DNA of 64,000 nucleotides. It comes from a virus. The position numbers and the translations under genes were made by a program. The stretch spans positions 47,088 through 111,087 of the IMG/VR virus record IMGVR_UViG_3300008111_000019; one strand, 5' to 3'. Shown in pieces: positions 20,746-29,751 of the stretch (position 1 is its first letter; each line of letters begins with the position of its first letter). The notes below the pieces were generated by a model that had not been told where the DNA came from, made no database searches, and saw only the letters and a list, made by a program, of their open reading frames with translations.

Positions 20746-21977
20746 CCAGAAAAAATTTTTGCCTATATCCTTTTGCTGCGTTTAGTCTTGATAATGCAGG
20801 CAGACAACGTATATGTTGTAATAATCAAGGATATGATAGATTAGAAAAAAATAAAGAATTTAACGATCCCACGTTTGAAGTCTTAGAATCTTTTAATAAT
20901 GATTTTCATAAAGAAATAAGAAAATATTTCATAGAAGATAAAAAACATCCTACTTGTAAAAAATGTTGGGAGATTGAAAGTAACGGAAAAATAAGTTGGA
21001 GACAATGGTTCAACGAAAGTTTCGGAGTTTCAATGGATGAAGAATATTGGATTTCGAAATGTGACGCAGACGGTACTATCAAAGAAGCAGAATTTTATTA
21101 TCTAGATATCACGTTCGGTAACAGATGTAATCTTAAATGCGTAATGTGTAACGGATTTAACAGTACTTTATTTCTAAAAGAACAATTAGATACCAAACAA
21201 ATACCTATAGAACATTATGATAGAATGATGAAGTTAGATTGGTATCATGACGGAAGTTGCCTTGAAAAACTGTATCCTTTTGTCAGCAAGGTTGAAAGAA
21301 TACATATTGTTGGCGGCGAACCTTTAATAATTGATCATCAAGCATTTTTACAAAAATTTATTGATCTCGGAATATCTAAGAACATAGTATTAAGTTATAA
21401 TTCTAATCTTACTAAAACACCAAGAGAAATATTAGACTGTTGGAAAGAATTCAAACGTGTTTATTTGTGTGTAAGTGTTGATGCTTACGGTAAATTAAAT
21501 GAATTTATTAGATATCCAATGAAATGGAATAAGTTAATAGATAATTTAGAAACTATTGATGCTGTGGCTAAAGAACAAGAAAATATTAGCATACAGATAC
21601 ATGCAACATTTAGTTCATTAAACTGTGATAGGATTATAGAGTTTTTAGATTGGCACAAGGAAATATCTACACAATTAACATCGATTGAACCTCATCCCAT
21701 GTTCAATTATGTTTATAACCCTAAATATTTTGATCCAACACATCTTCCTCAAGAAACTAAAAATAAAATATACGAAGATTATATCAAATGGGAATCAAAT
21801 AATCTCGAATACTTAGAAAGAAACGGAACCAGAGAAAGAATTGATATGTTGAAAAGTTATATCGAAAAAATGATAAAGTCTGGAAGAAACGAAAAACTAT
21901 ATCGAGACGGCATAGATAAAATTGCTTTCTTTGAAAAAGTAAGAGATATTACTTTTCCTACTAAAACAGAGTCTTAG
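20742..21977 (+). CDS. Radical SAM protein with N-terminal Twitch/SPASM-like domain
   Basis: CNLKCVMC, VGGEP; FCLYPF..ICC..CKKCW. Confidence 0.9.
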   Translation: MTRKNFCLYPFAAFSLDNAGRQRICCNNQGYDRLEKNKEFNDPTFEVLESFNNDFHKEIRKYFIEDKKHPTCKKCWEIESNGKISWRQWFNESFGVSMDEEYWISKCDADGTIKEAEFYYLDITFGNRCNLKCVMCNGFNSTLFLKEQLDTKQIPIEHYDRMMKLDWYHDGSCLEKLYPFVSKVERIHIVGGEPLIIDHQAFLQKFIDLGISKNIVLSYNSNLTKTPREILDCWKEFKRVYLCVSVDAYGKLNEFIRYPMKWNKLIDNLETIDAVAKEQENISIQIHATFSSLNCDRIIEFLDWHKEISTQLTSIEPHPMFNYVYNPKYFDPTHLPQETKNKIYEDYIKWESNNLEYLERNGTRERIDMLKSYIEKMIKSGRNEKLYRDGIDKIAFFEKVRDITFPTKTES

Positions 21978-22266
21978 TTGAATCGGTAATATCTCTTTTC
22001 AATCTTTCTATATCTATTTTAAAATCTATCTTTTTTATTTCGTCTTTGTACTCTTGAAGAGTCTCTAATAGTTTTTCTGCGATAGATTCTGGAGCAGACC
22101 CTTGGAGTTGAGCACGTACATCAATCTGCCATATCCTGCCATCTTCAAACGTTAAATGTACCATTTCAAGATATGCAACAGGCATGGTATTCATGTACAT
22201 ATCTTCAAATACCTCCGGCCACTCTTTTACAAGATGCATTGGCGGTCTAAACAACGGCTTAGGCAT
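21961..22266 (-). CDS. Hypothetical protein
   Basis: Last gene of minus-strand operon; converges on the rSAM gene with a 17-bp overlap. Confidence 0.7.
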   Translation of the reverse strand: MPKPLFRPPMHLVKEWPEVFEDMYMNTMPVAYLEMVHLTFEDGRIWQIDVRAQLQGSAPESIAEKLLETLQEYKDEIKKIDFKIDIERLKRDITDSTKTLF

Positions 22267-22909
22267 CTGCTGTTTCTTTAGTCTTTGAAGATTTTTTTAC
22301 AGTCGGATCTAGATCTTCTGCTTCTTTACGTAGACGTGCTGCTTCTTTGTATAGTGCATCTGCTTGACTGCGTAATCCTTTAGCAATATCTTTGTCAGAT
22401 AATATTTCATTCTGCTGTGCTTGAATTTTTGCAGGCTTGCTAGGTTCTCCTAGATCTTTTCCCAGGTCGTTAACTGCGGCAACATTTTCTACAGTAGCAT
22501 CTGACTGTTTTGGAGCACCGGATACAAATGTACATAGATCGTCAACAGCACAGTTTTTTTGCTCTGCTATCAACGAATTTAATTGATGCAACGGAATGTT
22601 ATCATTGGGTGTAGGAGTCATTAGAACAGAATCAGTAGTTACTCTTTCCAATAATCCGTCTGCTCTTAGTGCCTGTAGCATTGGACGACCATCTGGAAAA
22701 CTTCTAATAAAAAGAATTTCACCAAACTCAAAAACTTCTTGAGCCTGATCACTTTCTACTACTTTCATAATAGAGTCGTGATATGTATCAGATAACTGAG
22801 CCACAGGAATAACTAGAGAATAGTTAGATTCTCCGGGGAGCGTCCTGAATACCACCAAAACTTTCGCTCCCGATTTGATCATTCTACCAGTGTGTTTTAG
22901 TGCTCTCAT
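22259..22909 (-). CDS. Hypothetical protein with C-terminal coiled coil
   Basis: 216-aa ORF, SD AAGGA. Confidence 0.75.
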   Translation of the reverse strand: MRALKHTGRMIKSGAKVLVVFRTLPGESNYSLVIPVAQLSDTYHDSIMKVVESDQAQEVFEFGEILFIRSFPDGRPMLQALRADGLLERVTTDSVLMTPTPNDNIPLHQLNSLIAEQKNCAVDDLCTFVSGAPKQSDATVENVAAVNDLGKDLGEPSKPAKIQAQQNEILSDKDIAKGLRSQADALYKEAARLRKEAEDLDPTVKKSSKTKETADA

Positions 22910-22910
22910 A

Positions 22911-23141
22911 TTATTGTTCCTTTTTGTTTACTGAATCTAAAAATGCAGTTAATTTGTTGTAAGTCTTACCAACAACTTCTAGTTCGTTGGCCTTAAATGC
23001 ACCGCGCTGAGATGCGATATCGATGATATTTCTCACAGCAGCAAGATCAGTAATATTTAGATCAGGTGCAGAAGGTTGTGGCGCAGCAGCAGCATCGACA
23101 GGCGCTGTAGCGGCTTCTTGATTTTTTACTTCTTCAGTCAT
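22911..23141 (-). CDS. Hypothetical protein
   Basis: SD AGGAG; TAATG coupling. Confidence 0.75.
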   Translation of the reverse strand: MTEEVKNQEAATAPVDAAAAPQPSAPDLNITDLAAVRNIIDIASQRGAFKANELEVVGKTYNKLTAFLDSVNKKEQ

Positions 23142-23416
23142 TAATTTCTCCTTAAATGAGGACAGGCTAGTATAAAATAAGTTATCTCTTTTTGATCTTC
23201 AAACCCTGCAAATCTGGCTGTTTTTAATTTTCCATCTTCGGTTACATAAGGCTGAGGAATGATATAATATCTGCCTTTTAAATTAGCAGTAATCCAATTT
23301 TCTATAGTTTGGTCATTGTCCCATTCTACGGAATGGATCATCACTTTTGAAAAATGCGGAACAGCAGTATTCATTTTTCTGCTGTCTAAGATATCAAGAG
23401 CATTAAGATCTAACAT
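23141..23416 (-). CDS. Hypothetical protein
   Basis: ORF preceded by CGTAAATA (23425-23432). Confidence 0.65.
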   Translation of the reverse strand: MLDLNALDILDSRKMNTAVPHFSKVMIHSVEWDNDQTIENWITANLKGRYYIIPQPYVTEDGKLKTARFAGFEDQKEITYFILACPHLRRN

Positions 23417-23440
23417 AACGAATTTATTTACGTAATAAGT

Positions 23441-23845
23441 TTATTGAGGTTGGGATTCTTGGCTTAATCTTTTGGCCATGGCTTTGGCTGATCCTAATTT
23501 TCTAACATCTCCAGAAAACAGGTATAACTCAAATGCAGATTTTTCAGATAAAACTTTGATATATCTTTTTTCTAAATGCCAGGGAGTTTCTAAGAATTGG
23601 TCTAACCAAATTAGTACTTGAGGACCTATGGTAAGATCTTTTGGTAAATCTATTTTATAAATTTTAATGTCTGCAACAGTTTCTAAAAATTCTAGACATT
23701 GATCAGTGATACGGAGACCACCGTTGGATTTTTCTCTTGTGCTGAACCACCATCGTGATCGGCAGTCTTTGACATTTTTCTCATCAATGGGTAAGCCGGC
23801 CGCCTTTAAAAAAACTTCAGTGTATCGGTCTTTATTGTCCATCAC
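23441..23845 (-). CDS. Hypothetical protein
   Basis: 134-aa ORF in packed operon. Confidence 0.7.
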   Translation of the reverse strand: MMDNKDRYTEVFLKAAGLPIDEKNVKDCRSRWWFSTREKSNGGLRITDQCLEFLETVADIKIYKIDLPKDLTIGPQVLIWLDQFLETPWHLEKRYIKVLSEKSAFELYLFSGDVRKLGSAKAMAKRLSQESQPQ

Positions 23846-24130
23846 TCATTTCAATTCTTCGCCGGTAGTTAATTTATAAACTGAAAAGTCTTTGGTTTTA
23901 AATAATTTATTTAATTTCTTGGCGAGATTGTGAGCGTGTCCTGGATTGCTAAAACTTACCTTCTTATATTTAGGTCCGGGATAATTGGCCAGCAGACTAC
24001 CACTTTTTAAATTAAAAGGTTTGCTCTGGTAAAACACAGCCCAGATAGCCTCGCTTTCTAAAATTTGTTCCACTTTATAATTCTCTTTGTTTGCATGTTC
24101 AAGAATTACTTTAGGTTTTGGTCTGCTCAT
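23846..24130 (-). CDS. Hypothetical basic protein
   Basis: 94-aa ORF with own late promoter/hairpin. Confidence 0.75.
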   Translation of the reverse strand: MSRPKPKVILEHANKENYKVEQILESEAIWAVFYQSKPFNLKSGSLLANYPGPKYKKVSFSNPGHAHNLAKKLNKLFKTKDFSVYKLTTGEELK

Positions 24131-24131
24131 C

Positions 24132-24168
24132 TATATACGTATCCTAATAAACCACGTATATATTTATC
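24132..24168 (-). promoter_or_regulatory. Late promoter GATAAATA overlapping a 9-bp hairpin over the RBS
   Basis: IR TATATACGT (24132-24140)/ACGTATATA (24154-24162); promoter 24161-24168; AGGA in loop; ATG at 24130. Confidence 0.65.
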
Positions 24169-24172
24169 AACT

Positions 24173-24421
24173 TTAGAACGTTCCCCCGTCGAACTTAACA
24201 TCAATCTTAGTAGTTGATTCTCGTATTTCCGACAGCATTTGATGTATTTCTTGAACAGTTAAACCTAATTTAGATGTTAGAATAGCCAATTCGGCAGTTA
24301 AATCACGTGCTTCTTGTATAGTGATTCTAATTTCTTTCTGTTGACTCTTTTCAGCAACAACAGTTCTAGAAATTATTTTTTCTATAGTAGGTAATGTAGT
24401 AGGTAATTTATTTTGAGACAC
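24173..24421 (-). CDS. Hypothetical protein
   Basis: 82-aa ORF overlapping upstream gene. Confidence 0.65.
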   Translation of the reverse strand: MSQNKLPTTLPTIEKIISRTVVAEKSQQKEIRITIQEARDLTAELAILTSKLGLTVQEIHQMLSEIRESTTKIDVKFDGGTF

Positions 24422-24884
24422 TTGATAGTACCTGTTTCATTTCAATTTCAGTTTTAAACGGGCCTTGATATGGATATCTTTGTAGTGTGATTAATTTAGG
24501 GCAAAAACTTTTAACCCACCCTTTATCAAACTTGATGATATAATAACCGGCACAGTACAGGCTTTTTGAATCTTCGCTCTTAGTAAATAGAGGTAATTTC
24601 TTTTTAATGTCATAAAGAGGATTATGAGGTTCGGCACTGGTACTGAATCCGTGAACCTCGTTGGGTAATGCAGTATCACTTTCTTTTACAATCTTAACAA
24701 CAAAAAAGTCTTTACCGAATTGGTCAGTTAAACTTTTTTTGTTTTCGTAGATCTTTATTCCTAACTCATTGCTCATTACAAAACGATTGTCTTCGTTTTT
24801 TCTTAGAGTAGCAATTTTTTCTCCGTCTTGTTCAACGATCCAAAATTTATTATCGATGATTGGTTTAGCATGTATCTCTGTCAT
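24408..24884 (-). CDS. Hypothetical protein
   Basis: 158-aa ORF, ATGA-coupled to RNase H. Confidence 0.75.
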   Translation of the reverse strand: MTEIHAKPIIDNKFWIVEQDGEKIATLRKNEDNRFVMSNELGIKIYENKKSLTDQFGKDFFVVKIVKESDTALPNEVHGFSTSAEPHNPLYDIKKKLPLFTKSEDSKSLYCAGYYIIKFDKGWVKSFCPKLITLQRYPYQGPFKTEIEMKQVLSSVSK

Positions 24885-25867
24885 AGTGTGTACCTCGCAT
24901 TTAGTGGTTCAGCATAACTTTGCGCCTGTTCGGCAATTTTTTTCAAATCATATAGATTACAAAATTTAATCAGTCTAATACCTACTTGACTGATATTTTT
25001 ATTTGCATCAATAGCCTGTGAGATAGTTGTGGCAATGATTTCTTTAATGTCGTCTGGTTGATGACCCAAATCAATCAGTCGACGATTGCGTTCATAATCT
25101 TCTAGTACACGATGTTCTTTGCCTTCGTGGTCAGTCCATCTCTGAAGCATGAGATTGTTCCACGCAAATCCTTTGGTTTTACGATCTTCGAACGCTTCAG
25201 TAAGACCCACTTTTTTGCTTGTGCCTTTAGTACGCACACCTGGATACGCCGAGAAGACATTATCACTGGTATCACCACGCATACATTTTTCAAACAAGAG
25301 CCATTCTGGATTTGGAGCGGCTTTTGCTTCTTTTGTTTTCTTATCAATGACTGGTTTACCTTTGTCATCAAAGATTCCTTCGTGTGTGATTACATGTTCC
25401 ATAACACCATTGTATTGTTTTACATTAGGTGCAATAAGTTGTACAAAATCTGTATCAGTTGAAATAATCACATGATTATCATCTGGATGACTTTGAATCC
25501 AACCTGCAATAAGATCGTCTGCTTCTAGTTGTGGATTTTGTAGTACTGTGCAGTTAGTTTTATCTGTAATAAAATCTTTGAATGTATCAAACGCTTCCCA
25601 AAATACTTTTTCTTCTTCTGCTTCTTTTTCTGTGTGTGCGGCACGAGCATCTGATCGATTTCGTTTATAAGGAGCATAATAGTCTTTGCGCCATGATCTA
25701 CCTTCTAAGCAGAAAATAACGTGAGTACCATTAAACTGCTGCCACGCTTTACGAATAGAATTTAGAGTTATGTGAAATGCCATGCCAAGTTTAATATCGG
25801 CATCGCCGTTAATAACATGTCTAGCACGAAAAAATGTGTTAGCAGTATCAACTAAAATATATGTCAT
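24881..25867 (-). CDS. rnh: 5'-3' exonuclease / T4 RNase H-like flap nuclease
   Basis: ILVDT.N, YK.NR, EADD, STDTDF.QL, GDTSDN motifs of the FEN/5'-3' exo family. Confidence 0.9.
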   Translation of the reverse strand: MTYILVDTANTFFRARHVINGDADIKLGMAFHITLNSIRKAWQQFNGTHVIFCLEGRSWRKDYYAPYKRNRSDARAAHTEKEAEEEKVFWEAFDTFKDFITDKTNCTVLQNPQLEADDLIAGWIQSHPDDNHVIISTDTDFVQLIAPNVKQYNGVMEHVITHEGIFDDKGKPVIDKKTKEAKAAPNPEWLLFEKCMRGDTSDNVFSAYPGVRTKGTSKKVGLTEAFEDRKTKGFAWNNLMLQRWTDHEGKEHRVLEDYERNRRLIDLGHQPDDIKEIIATTISQAIDANKNISQVGIRLIKFCNLYDLKKIAEQAQSYAEPLNARYTL

Positions 25868-26301
25868 TGATTATTCTTTTTCACAGTCTGTATATCTAAA
25901 GTACCTGTATCAACAGGACCACCAAAATCACCATCTACTACAACATTTGCACAAAGTTCACGGAACCATCGATCTACGATTTCTTCGTCTTTATCACCAT
26001 CTACACCGTAACCTTCTTGCTTTAATTGTAACACAAATTGGTCATTCCAGTCAAGTTCAAAAAATCCATTTCGTACATTATCTGAATTGACATGAGTATT
26101 CAAAACTCCTACCCAGGGTTCTTTTTTACGAGTAGCACGATCTTTTGGACTAAGTTTAGCCAATTCTTGTTCTTGAGCAATTTCTTTTAAACTGTTTTCG
26201 GCTTCTTCTTTTAATTTGGTAGCCTGCTCTAGTGCCTGTCTTGCTTCTTCTATATTGGCTTCGATTTTATCTAACCCAAATAATTTTTTAACGAATTTCA
26301 T
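25864..26301 (-). CDS. Hypothetical protein
   Basis: Start moved to ATG 26301 (TAATG coupling with queE stop). Confidence 0.7.
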   Translation of the reverse strand: MKFVKKLFGLDKIEANIEEARQALEQATKLKEEAENSLKEIAQEQELAKLSPKDRATRKKEPWVGVLNTHVNSDNVRNGFFELDWNDQFVLQLKQEGYGVDGDKDEEIVDRWFRELCANVVVDGDFGGPVDTGTLDIQTVKKNNQ

Positions 26302-27158
26302 TAAGTTCCCCACTCATTTTTAAACAATGGTACTTGTAGTCTGTCACTGTACCGTAATCCATTCTTCATAGCCAGTTCCGCAACACGGCGATTATTTAAA
26401 GTATAAACACTTTCAACTCCGCCTACAGGCATTAGATAGATTGGACCAGTAAACCCGTGTGCTCGATAGATATCGGCAGTCTCTATGGCTTCTTCGGCAT
26501 CTTCTTCTGTAGCAATTACAAATTTTAGATATGTGTATCCATATTCTTCGTATTCACAAACAACTTCAGGCTGTATAGCAACATGCCTCTCTTCTCCGGA
26601 ACAACTCAATTTTGCACTTACACTGAAAGTGATTTCTCTCCAAAAGTCGTGTGCATGATGACTTTTCCAGGTGTGTAAGTATAATTTAAAATCATCTGTT
26701 AATGCTTGAGTGCCATTAGTCTCAAATGTAATTTCTTTTAGATTTTGCATCTTAGGATGATCTAGCAGGTCTGGATATGCACGTTGCCAACCTAGTAAAG
26801 GTTCACCACCTGTGATAACAAGATGTTCATCTCGCCATTCGTTGAAAGGCAGAATCTCACAGATACGTTCTGCAATACCATCGCTAGTAAGCATAGGACT
26901 GAGATCTTTAAAACGAGGATCCCAACTTGCATAACTGTCACAGCCTGTGCTAACTAATGGCAATTCTTCATATTTTGTAAATTCATGCACTCTAGAAGCA
27001 ATGGCTTCAACTTCTTGGCTAGCCTCACCTCTAGGCATACCAAATCCCGCACACTTAAAGTTACAACCAAATGTACGTAAGAAAACAGAAGGCACGCCCA
27101 TGAAACGTCCTTCACCTTGAATACTATAAAATAGTTCAGCGATTTTAATTTTGCTCAT
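26301..27158 (-). CDS. queE: 7-carboxy-7-deazaguanine synthase (radical SAM), atypical Cys spacing
   Basis: IAELFYSIQGEG..G.PSVFLRTFGCNFKC...GCDS, VITGGEP, FETNGT, LKFV, IYLMP, RLQV. Confidence 0.85.
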   Translation of the reverse strand: MSKIKIAELFYSIQGEGRFMGVPSVFLRTFGCNFKCAGFGMPRGEASQEVEAIASRVHEFTKYEELPLVSTGCDSYASWDPRFKDLSPMLTSDGIAERICEILPFNEWRDEHLVITGGEPLLGWQRAYPDLLDHPKMQNLKEITFETNGTQALTDDFKLYLHTWKSHHAHDFWREITFSVSAKLSCSGEERHVAIQPEVVCEYEEYGYTYLKFVIATEEDAEEAIETADIYRAHGFTGPIYLMPVGGVESVYTLNNRRVAELAMKNGLRYSDRLQVPLFKNEWGT

Positions 27159-27351
27159 TCTTTATTATACCACTTTTTACGAAAGTTGTCAAATCTTCTT
27201 TGACCAATTGATAACTACCATCACCTAGATCTATCCAATGGATATGATCTCCCTCTTTCCAATTTGTTTCTTTTAAAAGATCTTCTGGAAATTTAAGAAA
27301 AAAATCACTAGTTTCGAGATCTTCTTCAACTTCTAAAATCCATCTTTTCAT
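27145..27351 (-). CDS. AbrB/MazE-like small protein
   Basis: LKFPEDLLKETNWKEGDHIHW swapped-hairpin signature. Confidence 0.55.
   Translation of the reverse strand: MKRWILEVEEDLETSDFFLKFPEDLLKETNWKEGDHIHWIDLGDGSYQLVKEDLTTFVKSGIIKNEQN
27164..27192 (-). promoter_or_regulatory. Perfect sigma70 promoter TTGACA-17-TATAAT with extended TG
   Basis: -35 at 27192-27187, -10 at 27169-27164, 17-nt spacer; 5 nt before queE ATG. Confidence 0.85.
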
Positions 27352-27542
27352 GTTCTATATTTTTCATTGTTGTACTGCATTTTAAGTTTTCGACATTCTT
27401 CTTTAACTTCTTTAGGAATATCAGGATGCCATTCAGCCATACTACAATCGTAGACTTTACCTGTTGACTCTCCAAAGTTTGTCAAACACAAAATTAATGC
27501 TGCCGCAATGACCGCTAACAAGAATACATAACTATTTTTCAT
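27348..27542 (-). CDS. Small membrane-anchored hypothetical protein
   Basis: N-terminal hydrophobic segment; two downstream Cys; ATGA coupling. Confidence 0.65.
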   Translation of the reverse strand: MKNSYVFLLAVIAAALILCLTNFGESTGKVYDCSMAEWHPDIPKEVKEECRKLKMQYNNEKYRT

Positions 27543-27739
27543 ATTTGATCACTTATCAATAATTTGCACATCAACGCATCTTGCTCAGTGTTGAAATGAA
27601 ACTTCATACAATCTGTACTAACTTCTGTTCTATATCGTGTTCCTGGTAAACCAAAATGATACATAACGTTGGCGCATGTTTCATTCCACCAAACTTCTTT
27701 TTGATTTTGCCAAGGAATAGTAATTGTGTTATTTTTCAT
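27539..27739 (-). CDS. Hypothetical protein
   Basis: 66-aa ORF coupled to neighbours. Confidence 0.65.
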   Translation of the reverse strand: MKNNTITIPWQNQKEVWWNETCANVMYHFGLPGTRYRTEVSTDCMKFHFNTEQDALMCKLLISDQI

Positions 27740-28313
27740 TTATGTGTTTAGCAATAGTTTCATAAATGACTCTGTTGCCGTTAATAGTATAATGATTGAT
27801 AGAACCTCTTTCTTTTTTCCACAGATCACTAAAGTCGAGACAATTTGTTTCAATGGTTAATTCTCTGCTAATATCTGTATGTGTAAGACTAAGATAAGGC
27901 TGTTTTTCTACAGTGTCGAGAATTTTTTGCCTAATCAAATTATAAATGTCTATTTGATATTCGTCGTCATAATGATATTTGAAATATCCTTGAGCAACCC
28001 TTAAACTAGGATTGAACCAATTGTTTCTGTCAATGATATCATTGGCTAAAAGATCGCAGTTTTTATGAAAGCCTTCAATGTGAATAGGATGTTTTGGAGT
28101 GTGGATTCTGCTTGGACTAGTATGACTAACGATTGTTAGATCAAACTTTGTAATATCCACTGACTGTAACTGCTTTAATATTTTATACTCGCCACAACCG
28201 GCCATAGCAAGATTAGTAACATTGTGTCTGTGAGATAAAATATCTACCCAGCCTAGTTTTGCAAACGGCCATTTGGCTGCAAAACTGTCGCCTACCACAA
28301 GAATATTGATCAT
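27729..28313 (-). CDS. SGNH/GDSL hydrolase-like protein
   Basis: VVGDSF, NLAMAGCG, C-terminal NHY..GN. Confidence 0.65.
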   Translation of the reverse strand: MINILVVGDSFAAKWPFAKLGWVDILSHRHNVTNLAMAGCGEYKILKQLQSVDITKFDLTIVSHTSPSRIHTPKHPIHIEGFHKNCDLLANDIIDRNNWFNPSLRVAQGYFKYHYDDEYQIDIYNLIRQKILDTVEKQPYLSLTHTDISRELTIETNCLDFSDLWKKERGSINHYTINGNRVIYETIAKHINEK

Positions 28314-28337
28314 AATGTTTTTAACCAGGGTAGATAT

Positions 28338-29135
28338 TTAGTGGCTATCAAAAGTATGATATTCTCTGTTATAGTGTTCTTGATCTTCCAAAAAGTATTT
28401 AGAATGATCAATGTGTCGTTCTTTCATAAAACTTTCAACTGCTTTCCGAGTCAGTGCAGTTGATTTTAATTTTCCGTAATATTCAAATGTTTGGGGATAT
28501 CGTAATCTATCAGTGACATTGAAAAGATATAATTTTGCACCATTTTCTTGACAGAGCCTATCCCAAACAAATACATTCAATAGGAAATCTCTTTTTTCAA
28601 TAAAACTATTCATTTCGAAGAATAATTTTATCTGCATAAAAGTGTGTTCTCTAATGTTTGGTGTTTTAAGACCGTTATCTGGATCTAAATCTAATCCTGG
28701 AAAAGTATTGTAATCGTCACTGAGTGCTTTATTAAACAGTTGTAAGTTTTCTTCATTGATAGTTAAATCACAGTACCTATCTATAAAGCCATTCGATGAA
28801 GGCATCTTAGTAGTAAAATGATTCACAGCAATTACATTATCACTTAGTTTTCCATCAAATCCTATAGTAAATCTATTGAACGGAGCCATGCAAAGAAAAA
28901 CTTCATCGATATCATTGTAAGTGTCAAACATAGATTTCATCCAGTCTGTATAAACACGATTATTGACACCTGCCATAGCATAAATGGCTACTGGCTTGTT
29001 ATTTTCTTCTGCATAAATTTCTGCATAGTTGTTATCATTCCAATAGGTATATGATCCAGGACCTTGATTGGTCGGATGGCTCCAATATCCACAAGTATGA
29101 CTATCACCTATAAACAATGCTCTTGACATTACCAC
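28338..29135 (-). CDS. SGNH/GDSL hydrolase-like protein; probable +1 frameshift near 3' end (true end likely 28310)
   Basis: FIGDSHT, AMAGV, DQEHY; removing one T of the run at 28350-28353 gives HTLIATKYLPWLKTL* ending in an ATGA overlap. Confidence 0.65.
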   Translation of the reverse strand: MVMSRALFIGDSHTCGYWSHPTNQGPGSYTYWNDNNYAEIYAEENNKPVAIYAMAGVNNRVYTDWMKSMFDTYNDIDEVFLCMAPFNRFTIGFDGKLSDNVIAVNHFTTKMPSSNGFIDRYCDLTINEENLQLFNKALSDDYNTFPGLDLDPDNGLKTPNIREHTFMQIKLFFEMNSFIEKRDFLLNVFVWDRLCQENGAKLYLFNVTDRLRYPQTFEYYGKLKSTALTRKAVESFMKERHIDHSKYFLEDQEHYNREYHTFDSH

Positions 29136-29527
29136 TTCCTATAATTGCCCTTTTCGGGAATAACATGACGCACTCCGCCTGTTGGATCTTCCATATCTCC
29201 TTTGCGTCGAGGAATTAAATGAATATGCGGCCATTCTACAGTTTGACCTGCTGCCTGTCCGTAATTAAATCCAACATTAAAACCGTCCCATTCGCCTGCC
29301 TGCACTCTTCTGATACCGTCTTGTACTGCTTGCTCAACACAGTCCATCAGCACATGAACTGTATTGTATTTAGGTACAAACAAAAGGTGTCCTTCTGTAA
29401 CTGGGTATTTGTCTAAAAATACTTTAACATGATAATCTTCTTCCACCAGTTCAGTCCAAGGTGCCTTACTGTCTTCTATAAAAGAAGATTGTCCTAACAT
29501 TACTTTATTAGTATCGTTTTGTTTCAT
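29129..29527 (-). CDS. HIT-family nucleotide hydrolase
   Basis: DKYPVTEGHLLFVPK, N.G.AAGQTV.WPHIHLIPR (first His of the triad replaced by Trp). Confidence 0.85.
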   Translation of the reverse strand: MKQNDTNKVMLGQSSFIEDSKAPWTELVEEDYHVKVFLDKYPVTEGHLLFVPKYNTVHVLMDCVEQAVQDGIRRVQAGEWDGFNVGFNYGQAAGQTVEWPHIHLIPRRKGDMEDPTGGVRHVIPEKGNYRKW

Positions 29528-29751
29528 CTTTGATATTCCTTTCGTTCTCCTGGCAATGAATCTTCTTTGATAACAAATTCTCTACCCATAAGACTACCAA
29601 AGAACACTTTTGTATTTTCTTTATAAACCATTCTCAGTTTTACTGTTTGAAATGCAACTTCTAAAAATGCTCGAGGTTTGTAATTGAGAATATGTGCCTC
29701 AACATCTTTGCCATTATCTGTGCAACGAATTTTTACTTTAGCATCTATCAT
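29524..29751 (-). CDS. Hypothetical protein
   Basis: 75-aa ORF with ATGA couplings. Confidence 0.7.
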   Translation of the reverse strand: MIDAKVKIRCTDNGKDVEAHILNYKPRAFLEVAFQTVKLRMVYKENTKVFFGSLMGREFVIKEDSLPGERKEYQR

